From a virus (lineage: Duplodnaviria; Caudoviricetes): a stretch of 25,932 nt of DNA. Positions 1-9,048 of this stretch are shown one piece after another. The position numbers and the translations under genes are program-made. The stretch is taken from positions 1-25,932 of the IMG/VR virus record IMGVR_UViG_3300038313_000220; one strand, written 5' to 3'. The notes beneath the pieces were generated by a model that had not been told where the DNA came from, did not search any database, and worked only from the letters and a program-made list of their open reading frames with translations. Within the stretch, counting starts at the first letter, position 1. Each line of letters begins with the position of its first letter.

Positions 1-3000
1 CGGCAGTTTGAATATCAGCAGATTCACGCCAAAGGCTCATAAGTTCCGGCAAATTGTAGAACTTCGCAAACCGTGTTTTTGCCCGATACCCTGAACCCTC
101 CGGTTTTAATTCCATTGCAACCTCTTTTTGTCCGAAATTTGCCGCCCAGTTGTCAAAATGCAGCATACCAAGTTCCTTCAAATCTTCATACTGGAGATAC
201 CGCTGCATAGTATACATTTCCACCATGGAGTTGCTGATTGGCGTACCGGTTGCAAATACCGTTCCGCGGCCGCCGGTTATACGGTCAAGATAGCGGACTT
301 TCATGAACAGATCAGAAGATTTCTGCGCATCCGTCTGTGAAATGCCCGCCACATTCGACATTTTTGTGAAATAATATAAATTTTTGAAATTGTGTGCCTC
401 ATCTACATAGAGCCTGTCGACACCCAGTTCCTCAAACGTTATCACATCATCACGCTGCGGTTTATCTGCAAGTTTTTTGAGCCGAGCTTCCAAGCCTTTT
501 TTGGACTTTTCCATCTGTTTTACCGTAAAACGTGGGGCGTCATCATTCTGAAGTTCTTCCAAACCGGTTTCGAGTTCCGTTATTTCCTCAGTGATGAATT
601 TCTTCTGCTCTTCGTCTGACAGTGGAATTTTTGCAAACTGGCTGTGACCGATAATGACAGCATCATAATTACCGGTAGCAATCCTGCTGCACATGGTTTT
701 CCGGTTCTGCGGTGTAAAATCTTTTTCGGATGCCACTAAAATATTTGCACCCGGGTAAAGGGTAACAAAGTCCTCACCCCATTGTTCTGTCAAATGATTG
801 GGTACAATAATCATGGCCTTTTTGCACAATCCCAGACGTTTGCTCTCCATAATTGCTGTAATCATTTCATACGTCTTTCCTGCGCCCACAACGTGTGCAA
901 GCAGTGTGTTTCGGTTACTGTACAGCATGCGTGCAACTGCATTCAGTTGATGCGGCCGCAGCTTAATTTCTTTGTTCATGCCAACAAACTGCAGATGACT
1001 GCCGTCGTACTCGCGCGGTCTGGTAGAATTAAACATCCGGTTGTATTTGCTGCAAAGAGTTTCCCGCCGTTTCGGGTCTTTCCAAATCCACGATTGGAAT
1101 TGTTCATCTATCATATCCGCTTTTTCCTGTGCCGCGGCAGTTTCTTTTCGGTTAAGGACACTCTTTTTCTTTCCGTCTGCATCTTCAATCGTATCGGTAA
1201 CACGAACCATACGTTGATTCAGAAGCGTGTCAAACAGCGCATAAGCACTGTATCGTGATGTGCCATAGGTTGCTGCTGCCAAAATATTATTTCTGTCTAA
1301 TGATTTATTGATTACATTCCATTCTCCTGTTGCAGAAGAATACAATACTTCAATTTTATTATGACTTCTTGACCAGTTGTCAGCCTGCATAGAAGGCGGC
1401 GTTTTCAACAAATCGTACAAAAACCGTTGATAATACTCTTTGTCTATCCACGGTGTGCCAACTCTAACGTGAATTTCACCAGCCGAAAGCGGTTCCGGCT
1501 GTATCTTTTCCAGTGCTGCAATATTTTTTTGAGCTTCAAGCTGGTATTCATTGGGGATTGTCTGCAGAAGGGTTCTGGTTGCTTTCAGGCGTGCACGAAC
1601 ATTTCCGGAAAAATATTCATCTGCTGTCACATAGGGACAAGTAGCAATCAAAACAGAACCATCCGTACTATCCCTATCCCCAGCGGTAAAGTCACGGTAA
1701 ATTACTCCCTGCAGGTCATCTGCAACCTTTTGCAGGTCTTGATTTCCCAACAGCTGTGCCATGTAGGGCAAATCCACCTTTGCTTTTTCCCGCAGTGATA
1801 CAGCCAGTGCTTCACTGGCTGTATCAACCGAAGTGACCGGAACGGCCGGTTCAATCGTGCGCTTTGAAAAAATAGCCGCTTTTTCTTTGAGTCGATCATT
1901 ATCATCCAGTGTTTCCAGGGAACGCAGCAGCGGATATGAAGAGTCTTGGTGAAAGGCCGATTGATTGGCCTTGCTTGACAGCAGACCATATTCTTTTGTG
2001 AAGGCATCATACTTTTCGTTTAAGGCTTTCTGCAAATCATGAATATGCTCATCCGATTCGCCGTTTACCTGCGCATCAATTAAAGAACGTGTAATATCCC
2101 TGATTGCTGCCATGCCGGTAATTCGCCTGCGTACAGTATCGGTGCACTCCACAGGCACCATGCCATTGGCTTCCTTAAAGTAAATATTCTCTCCTTCTGC
2201 CGCATAACTGAACAACCGTAAATTATCAAAATCTACCATTGGCTTTTCCACATCAGCAGACTCCGCATATGCAGCAGGCTGCTCAATCATGCCATACGGT
2301 TCTTCCGCAGCTTCCTTCCCAGTGTCAAGCACATCAAGCTGCTGCATTGCCGCATTCAACTGTTCCGGCAGATTACCATCTGCTTCGCAAGTTGCTGTCA
2401 TTCCGTATGGTCCGGAAACCATCTTCATCTCACCAAGTACCATTTGTGGATTTTCAGCAAAGTACCGATTAACTGCCACACCATCAAGGAAACTTATTTC
2501 TGTACCGTCCACTGGGTCTGCCCACGCATGACGGTCACGTTCCTCATTGACGCTTTCACGCTTCTGTAAAAAGAGAATATCACTCGTGACGCTTGTTCCG
2601 GCCGCTGAAAAAGCATTGTCTGGCAGTCTTACAGCACCCAAAAAGCGTGCTCTCTGATTGATGTATTTTCGGACTGTGCTGTTCTGTTTGTCCATTGTAC
2701 CGCTGCTGGTAATGAAAGCAACAATACCGCCGGGGCGAATCTTTTGCAGTGCCTTTGCAAAGAAATAGTCATGAATCAAAAAACCTTTTTCTTTGAAAGC
2801 GGCATCGGCAACCTCGTAATTTCCAAACGGCACATTTCCAACCGCCAAATCAAAACTGCTGTCTTTTACGGAACTTTCTTCAAAACCTTTGATTTCTATG
2901 TTTGCTCCCGGATAGAGCTGCCGGGCGATTTGACCGGTTATTCTATCCAATTCAATTCCGTGCAGTTTACAATCGCGCATAGATTCCGGCAGGCAACCAA

Positions 3001-4816
3001 AAAACCGGCCTGTTCCGCAGGCCGGTTCCAAAATGCTGTTTGGTTGTAATCCGATATGTTCAATACCGTTGTAAACTGCCCGAATGATTTCCGGACTGGT
3101 ATAATGTGCGTTCAGTGTAGAAGCACGTGCTGCCGCATATTCTTCTTTTGTCAGTAATTCCTTTAATTCAGCATATTCTTTTTTCCATGCCGGTTTTGAT
3201 GCATCAAACGCATCCGCTGCACCGCCCCAGCCGGAATACCGTGCCAACACCCGCTGTTCCTCCGGTGTTGCGGTGCGATTTTCAGCCTGTATAGCTTTCA
3301 GTGTCCGTATGGCAGCAATATTATTTTTGTATTTCGCTTTGGCCCCGCTCACATCTACATCAGCAGCGGTCAGTACATAATTCTGCTTCTCAACCGGAAC
3401 CGGTTCCGGTTTGTTGATGCTTGATTGTGTGATTGCCGTAACTGGGACTGATTCCGATTGGGTCGTATTAAAGAAACTCAGCTGTTCTGTATCAACTTTT
3501 GCTGCATAAATGCGAGCAATCATTTCTTTGTTTTCGGGCTGCTTTTCTGTGAGAATCTGCTTGTTAAAGGATTTGACTGACATCTTTTTAGGAGTAAGTG
3601 CCAGTTCTTCCCAATCACTTAAGAATATCTGCACTGTGTTTTTGGAAACATATTCGATCGTATAAATTTGTTCGGAAAGTTTTACAGTATCGCCAGCCTT
3701 ATACGCCGCCTGCACGTTTTCATTCGCTGTACTGTTTTTAGAAAAAAACTCAATACTGCCCGGAATAATATTTGCTGACCAAAGTGACTGCTCATCTACT
3801 CGATCAGCATAGTACTTTGAAAGCCAGCTTTCATGCTTTTCAACTGCTTTTTGAGAAAACGGTATATACGCAGTCTTTTCTTTATCAGCGTCCGAAAAAT
3901 AGGAAACAGATGCTTCTATGTTTTGACTTTCTGCAACTGCACCATCATCTTCCCAAGAATGGCCGCCCGGTTCATGATTTGAAAAGGTACACAAATCATC
4001 AAGTACATTCGTGGCGGTTTCCTTATTGCCTACTGTAAATAGGTAATGATTCTTGAAATAAAAATGATAGTAGGTTTTTGTGCCATTTTCTTCTGTCTGT
4101 TTTTCATCCGGAACTGGTTCCGGTTCGTTGCTGCTTGACTGTGTGCTTTCCAAATCGCCTGATTTCCACAAATAGCGTATAACCGGTGCAGCATTAGTCC
4201 AGTTCATCCCATATTTCTCGTTGTGAATTTCCACTTCAAATCCAACAGGGGAAACAAAACAGTCAGCTTTTTCACCGGTTTCAAGTTCCATCGTCTGTGC
4301 ATCTGCGGGAAACATTTTCGAAAGCTGTGCTGCAATTTTGCCATTGCCTGCATTATGTTTCAGCATTTCGGCAAGTGCTGCTTTGTCATCGTTAGACAAT
4401 AATCCATTCAGTAAAATGTCTTTCATGTCATCTGAAACCTGATTGTAGCCTGCAGGCAGAAAATCTACAATCTTTTGGTTACGAGAATCTCTTTTCAGCA
4501 GCTGCTCAAAGTGCTTCTGGTCCTCCACATGCTCAATGGGAGAAGTAAGCGCCGGGTCCGACAGCTTCACGCTGTATTCAGTAATTTCTGTAATGGTCAA
4601 TAAGCGGCCATCCAAATATACAGGTGTACCAACCGGATAAGGACTTTCCGCACTCGGAACTGGTGTCTGCCCAATATGAAATTGGTCTGTATTTCCTATG
4701 GTCGGAACTGGTTCCGCTTTTCGCTCTAAAATCGCATGCTCATTATTTGTAAGATTTTCAATATTTTTGTATGCATTTTCATTGACACTTTTCTCAATTT
4801 GGTATATAATAGTACT
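1..4816 (-). CDS. Large N6-adenine DNA methyltransferase / SNF2-family helicase (DarB-like polyvalent protein); partial, runs off left edge, 5' part disrupted
   Basis: Manual translation: no stop from 4816 to the window edge (~1600 codons). MTase motif I LEPACGTG (~3008-3031), motif IV GNVPF (~2825-2839), YSGWGG (~3222-3240); helicase Walker A HVVGAGKT (872-895), DEAH (392-403), FATGTPISNS, RFAKFYNLPELM. No clear RBS/start after the TAA at 4817-4819. Confidence 0.9.
3391..4145. repeat. Two 41-bp direct repeats (3391-3431 and 4105-4145), 36/41 identical, 714 bp apart and in frame
   Basis: caaccggaaccggttccggtttgttgatgcttgattgtgtg vs catccggaactggttccggttcgttgctgcttgactgtgtg; encode the linkers TQSSINKPEPVPV / TQSSSNEPEPVPD. 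Confidence 0.8.
4782..4810 (+). promoter_or_regulatory. Perfect consensus sigma70/SigA promoter, antisense to the polyvalent gene
   Basis: TTGACA (4782-4787), 17-bp spacer, TATAAT (4805-4810). Confidence 0.8.
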
Positions 4817-4892
4817 TTAAAAGTTCGAACGTGTAGAAGACTTACGCAATTGTAGCGTCGGCCACCCTGCATGGCGAGCTTTTTCTTTATTT
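4817..4892 (+). ncRNA. Putative ~75-nt antisense small RNA
   Basis: Lies downstream of the consensus promoter; ends in an imperfect hairpin tcg(g)cca-ccctgca-tggcga followed by gctttttctttattt. Existence is inferred. Confidence 0.4.
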
Positions 4893-5116
4893 ATGTATAA
4901 GCAGCTTTTTGCGGCGATTGTCCGGCCTAAATAACAATCCGGCTCAATAGTGCCTTCCGCATTTACTGATACGAAGTGGTGACGACTGTATTCGCTGGTA
5001 ATAAAATTGCTGCTGATTGCTTCAAGTGCATAGTGGCCCACACCGTCCGGTCGAATTGCAATAATTGTTGGTTCACCATTTTCATAAAGGGTTTGTGAGA
5101 CAACGCGGCAAAAAAT
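4817..5116 (-). pseudogene. MuF-C-terminal-like (BECR-type nuclease-like) domain fragment of the polyvalent protein
   Basis: RVVSQTLYENGEPTIIAIRPDG...SNFITSEY...LYINKEKARH...LQLR resembles MuF-C-type domains of polyvalent proteins; same frame as both neighbours, bounded by TGA 5117-5119 and TAA 4817-4819. Confidence 0.55.
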
Positions 5117-5380
5117 TCAGGAAGCATCACATTTTGTATGATGATTGTACAGTATAATTGGCTTTACGCCCTCCTGCACTCTTCTTGCGACTCTACCCCA
5201 TTCATTTGGGTCTGCACATACTTCCGCTTCTGGATTTTGCCCATAAATCAGCAGTTGATTCTGAAAAGAATATTTGTAGAATTTTGCGGCACAAGATAAG
5301 AATTTTTCCCATTCTTCCGTACTGCTTACTACTTTTTTCAGAATCTCGTGTTCCATAAGCTGGCATTCTTGAAAATTCAC
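5117..5380 (-). pseudogene. ArdC-N-like (ssDNA-binding antirestriction) N-terminal domain of the polyvalent protein, truncated
   Basis: AGGAGG RBS (5389-5394) with GTG at 5380; WEKFLSCAAKFYKYSFQNQLLIYGQNPEA...W...RRV..G matches the ArdC-N pattern; ends at an in-frame TGA. Confidence 0.75.
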
Positions 5381-5402
5381 TTGTATGACCTCCTTTTGCT
5401 GC

Positions 5403-5453
5403 ATAAAAGCAGGCACCTGCATGAGTATCTTTCATGCAAGTGCCTGCTTTTAT
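5403..5453 (-). terminator. 22-bp-arm hairpin, probably a bidirectional intrinsic terminator or attenuator
   Basis: ataaaagcaggcacctgcatga-gtatctt-tcatgcaagtgcctgcttttat; the single mismatch is a G-U pair on the minus transcript; A/T tracts on both sides. Confidence 0.75.
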
Positions 5454-5479
5454 ATGTTCATATAATTTTTAACTCTACT

Positions 5480-5488
5480 ATTATAGCA
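5480..5488 (-). promoter_or_regulatory. Extended -10 promoter element upstream of the polyvalent gene
   Basis: TGCTATAAT on the minus strand; no good -35 at canonical spacing. Confidence 0.45.
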
Positions 5489-5571
5489 CGGTTCCATTCC
5501 ACAAATGGTAACACTTTTTTCCACAAAATCGATTCAGCTTGCTAAACTGCAAAAGTAGAAACAGTTCAGCT

Positions 5572-6483
5572 CTATTCTAATTCAGATGTATCCTGATACG
5601 GTATTTTGAAATAGTCCAGATATTTCTTAAAAATATCCTGTGCCGAAAGGCAGGTGCCTATCAAATAGCCTTTCTCTGAATTCCATTCTTGTAGTCCGCG
5701 ATAATAAAACATCTTCTTATCATCCGAAATAATAAATGGAACAATGTTATTTCGCAAACATTCCTTAAGCATAATGAGCCGGCCAACACGGCCGTTGCCG
5801 TCCTGAAACGGATGAATGCTTTCAAACCGGACATGAAAATCAATGATTTCTGAAAGCGTTTTTCTTTCGGTAGGATGATATCTTTTCAAAAGCACACTCA
5901 TTTTGTCCGACACCTGCTCCGGCAGGGCAGTTTCTCTCCCTCCAACTTCGTTCGGCAGCTTCTTATAGTCACCAACTGCAAACCAATCCTTTCGGCTGTC
6001 ACTTGTACCGTTTTTAAGGGTAAGATGAAGTTGTTTGATGAAACTTGCAGATAAAGGATAGTTAGCTTCGTCAATCACCATATCAATGCACTTGAAATGG
6101 TTTGCTGTTTCGACAATATCATCTACATTCAGAAGTTCGTTTTGCGCACCGATAGTATTCGTCTCAAAAATATATCTTGTTTGATCATGCGTAAGGCGGC
6201 TACCTTCCATATGATTGGAGTTGTATGTCATATCAATTTGCAGTCTATGATAAATACCTCCATGCGTTTTTGCCGCTTTTTCGATTTTTAAGACTTCTAA
6301 AAGAGTCCGGGGAGCGTTTATAAGCTTGTTAATTCTATCCGGTCTTGTAGCACTCTCTGGTATGCTCCAAGTTTTTCCTGTCAGAAAAGCACCGTCTATC
6401 TTACCTGTGGCGCAGTAGTTGCGAACTGTTCGTTCCGAAACATTCCACCTTTTCGCCATATTGGCAACTGATAAATAGTTCAA
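5572..6483 (-). CDS. fic: Fic family protein with N-terminal HTH
   Basis: Catalytic HPFQDGNGRVGR; inhibitory (S/T)xxxE(G/N) motif SNHMEG; N-terminal excisionase-like HTH (SVANMAKRWNVSERTVRNYC); TTG start with AAGGGGG RBS. Confidence 0.93.
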   Translation of the reverse strand: MNYLSVANMAKRWNVSERTVRNYCATGKIDGAFLTGKTWSIPESATRPDRINKLINAPRTLLEVLKIEKAAKTHGGIYHRLQIDMTYNSNHMEGSRLTHDQTRYIFETNTIGAQNELLNVDDIVETANHFKCIDMVIDEANYPLSASFIKQLHLTLKNGTSDSRKDWFAVGDYKKLPNEVGGRETALPEQVSDKMSVLLKRYHPTERKTLSEIIDFHVRFESIHPFQDGNGRVGRLIMLKECLRNNIVPFIISDDKKMFYYRGLQEWNSEKGYLIGTCLSAQDIFKKYLDYFKIPYQDTSELE

Positions 6484-6504
6484 TACAACACCCCCTTATT
6501 AAAT

Positions 6505-6578
6505 ATTTTATCATATTATCGGCAAAAATTCAATTAATTATTTTAAAACATTATTATGAAATTTGCCGATATTGGCAA
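6505..6578 (-). promoter_or_regulatory. fic promoter with overlapping inverted-repeat operator
   Basis: TTGAAT (6528-6533)-17 bp-TAAAAT (6505-6510) with TG extension; 10-bp inverted repeat tatcggcaaa (6517-6526) / tttgccgata (6562-6571); near-palindrome ttgccgatattggcaa (6563-6578). Confidence 0.6.
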
Positions 6579-6792
6579 TGAATCATCCATGTTTTTCGTC
6601 TCCGGAAAGTTGACAGTAAAATTTGTAACAATTCAAGCTATGCCGGACAAAATCAAGTATCTCCGTTGTGGTCGCTGCCACAGATCTTAATTCATTGACA
6701 AATTCATCAAACTGCGATAATTGGTAATAAGCCACTGCATATTTTTAAATTGCTGCGTATTCTTGTAGTCCTCTGCATTGCCATATAGGGGT

Positions 6793-6972
6793 TTATCCTC
6801 TGTAATACGCAAGTACGAGTATTCTTATCAACTGAGGTATTTCTATCTTTGAAAGTTCATCTGGATTACAAAGATCGTCCAAATACCATGATTCCAATTC
6901 TGAGCTTTCAAAACCTTGCAGCTTCGCTTCCTCATGAATCTTTTGAAAAAATTCTTCACAAGTTGCGTCCAT
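6793..6972 (-). CDS. Small hypothetical protein (59 aa), possibly the 5' part of a disrupted gene
   Basis: MDATCEEFFQKIHEEAKLQG...LAYYRG* with GGAGAG upstream; coding-like sequence continues in other frames toward ~6630. Confidence 0.35.
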   Translation of the reverse strand: MDATCEEFFQKIHEEAKLQGFESSELESWYLDDLCNPDELSKIEIPQLIRILVLAYYRG

Positions 6973-7025
6973 AGAAGTTTCTTACTCTCCATTTTCTTTC
7001 ACTCGCATCCGGAACTAGTTCCGAT

Positions 7026-7574
7026 TTAGTTGAGCGAATATTCCTGTTTGATTGAATCCTTTGGAATGTATAAAATATGTTTTTCTTCTGTAACAGGCAT
7101 CAGTGCTGGAACAGAACGGATTCCAAGCGCTTGATACTTTTGCTTCAAAATCATTGTGGTAGTTACTTCCACAGTGCCGTAATGAGGCTTTGCAATCGTA
7201 ATTTTCACAATAACATCATTTGGTTTGACCTTTACCTGATTGACCTCATCGTTCCTGCCTTTTGTATAAAATTTGTAATCGGATACTTTTTTGCTGCTGC
7301 CGTTTACGTATCCGTTACCGCTGCCAAGCGTAACCCAGCCAAAGCCATCCAAACTGCTTTCCTGCTCTGATGTCGATTTCAATGCGATGAGATTGCTGGT
7401 CTGCGTTACTTTTTGAACAACTGATTTTGTGTAATTCCGAGCATTACCCATAACTGCGAACCAACCGAATATGGCAGTTCCAAGTATTAAACCACTTATA
7501 ACTGCCATCACAACGAAAACTTCCTCAACCCACAAAATCGTTTGTATCCTTTTTCGTTTGCGGCTGCCGGGCAT
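7026..7574 (-). CDS. Hypothetical membrane-anchored protein (start uncertain; 5' end may be frameshifted from an ATG near 7647)
   Basis: Hydrophobic segment VFVVMAVISGLILGTAIFGWFAVM followed by a polar domain; paralogous to 7796-8258. Confidence 0.6.
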   Translation of the reverse strand: MPGSRKRKRIQTILWVEEVFVVMAVISGLILGTAIFGWFAVMGNARNYTKSVVQKVTQTSNLIALKSTSEQESSLDGFGWVTLGSGNGYVNGSSKKVSDYKFYTKGRNDEVNQVKVKPNDVIVKITIAKPHYGTVEVTTTMILKQKYQALGIRSVPALMPVTEEKHILYIPKDSIKQEYSLN

Positions 7575-7795
7575 TTATATTCTGCGTAATTTCTACCAAT
7601 AAATCCCAAAATCAATGAGAAACGATTAAAATAATTCTGATATTCATGTGTTTTCTTTCCTCTCACAGATTACGATAAATTCAATTTTTCCATATCGGCC
7701 TGTGCCACGAAAAATATCTGATAATTTTTTCATCTTTATCGCATTCACAAAATTTTCGCCCTAATATTTCCAATCATTTTTTTATCTTCCAACGT

Positions 7796-8258
7796 TTATT
7801 TAGAATTGCTTTTGCTAAAATCAAATTGCTGCTGGATGGAACCCTGTGGCACACACAGCACATTGTTTTTTTCTGACGTTATCGTAAAGAAAGAAAAAAT
7901 ACCTAAATTTTAAAAATATGATTCCTTGAGTTTTTGCGTGTCTGTTTCCATTTGATATTTAGGCTCTCCATCCGTATATCTGATGGAAATGTCCTTTTCA
8001 TGAATTTTTCCATCCTTTTCTTGATAACAAAATTCATAATAAGTTTTCTCTGTTGCGGACGAACCTCCATGAACAGAGCCAAAATGAAACGCCGTCCAGC
8101 CGGATAAGCTGCTGTTTGGAGAAGTCTTGTCAGTGATTTTTGACTGAATCAGTTTATAGCTGTTATCCGCGTTAACTTCTGAAACGAACTCATAATTTTT
8201 GCTTTGACTGATCAGCCCTAGTGTAATTGCCACCATGGCTACAATGAAAATAATAGGA
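7796..8258 (-). pseudogene. Paralog of 7026-7574; internal TAA and 5' end cut at the IS remnant
   Basis: Frame continues past TAA 7910-7912 as NLGIFSFF...NNVLCVPQGSIQQQFDFS*, aligning with ALGIRS...KHILYIPKDSIKQEYSLN of the neighbour; SSLSGW..FGS vs SSLDGF..LGS. Confidence 0.65.
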
Positions 8259-8742
8259 TTTGATTATCTGTGTCAAATCAGAGATACCTATACCAACGTC
8301 GTTTTGGCAAGCTGTCAGGAAAAGCGGATGAAAAAGGAACTGGTTTTGCATACCCTGCATGCTGCTAAGGGGCGCTGGAATTTACCGACTGAAGTGATTT
8401 TTCACAGCGACCGCGGCAGTCAATACACGTCACAGGCCGTTAAAGAACAGATTTCCAGCTATAGTTGGAAGCAAAGTTTTTCACGACTCGGCACTCCGGG
8501 AGACAATGCCTGGAGTGAAAGCTTTTTCTCCATTCTCAAAAAGGAAATCATCCACTGGCATTTCTATCCCACAAGAGAAGCTGCCCGCCAAGCCATGAAT
8601 ATATCGAGGCCTTTTACAATTGCAGCCGTGCTCAAAAGCGGCTGGGTTATCTTGCTCTCATTCAATTCTTATCTCGCTGGTTTCAGTTGAGCCATCCGCT
8701 TAGTGCTTAACATTTTTTCCATTTCTCTGTTGACAACCTGTT
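8258..8742 (+). mobile_element. IS3-family remnant: 3' part of OrfB integrase core (frameshifted) plus right end
   Basis: IFHSDRGSQYTS, GTPGDNAWSESFFSILKKE; frameshift near 8596 into EYIEAFYN..R.QKRLGY, stop 8708-8710; IR-like tccatttctctgttgacaacctgt; exact end uncertain. Confidence 0.88.
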
Positions 8743-8758
8743 TATGCTATTATAGAAT
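8730..8758 (+). promoter_or_regulatory. Hybrid promoter (IS-end -35 plus flanking -10) facing the phage operon
   Basis: TTGACA (8730-8735), 17 bp, TAGAAT (8753-8758); also TGCTATTAT at 8745-8753. Confidence 0.6.
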
Positions 8759-8832
8759 TTCAGGAAACGGAAGCAAGGGAGCCTTGCAAAAGGTACTTCC
8801 ATGTTCATGCATTTTCCTCCAATCCATCCGCC

Positions 8833-9048
8833 GTGTCGGAATGCTGCTGCGGGCCTATGAGCCGGTTCAGGGGCATTAACCCTGCTGACTCCAAACTCTT
8901 CTTAAAACACTTTTTTGGCAGCCGAGAACAGAGCGGCGATGTGCCGGCGGTAAAGGAACTGCGGAACCTGATTGGTGAGGATGATGCAAATACTGCTGAC
9001 TCCGGTCAACTGGAGGAGCTGATAAAGGGGTTGCAAGAAGATGAGTAA
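8833..9048 (+). pseudogene. Terminase small subunit C-terminal remnant (chimeric 5' end)
   Basis: Position directly before and overlapping terL; last ~40 codons GDVPAVKELRNLIGED...LEELIKGL are TerS-C-like; upstream part has no RBS and looks unrelated. Confidence 0.55.

Noticed and set aside
128-4038. Numerous plus-strand ORFs and the 1702-2010 minus ORF in the track
   Set aside because: Shadows or off-frame pieces of the long methyltransferase-helicase frame.
1-5380. DarB-like protein as cargo of the adjacent virion module (as in phage P1)
   Set aside because: Opposite strand, different composition, separated by an IS-associated junction and disrupted at its 5' end; nothing in the sequence links it to the particle.
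4817-7912. Stop-codon reassignment or readthrough explaining the in-frame stops
   Set aside because: Stops are of mixed type (TAA, TGA, and TAG at 25572), intact genes end in the same codons, and frameshifts co-occur; decay is simpler.
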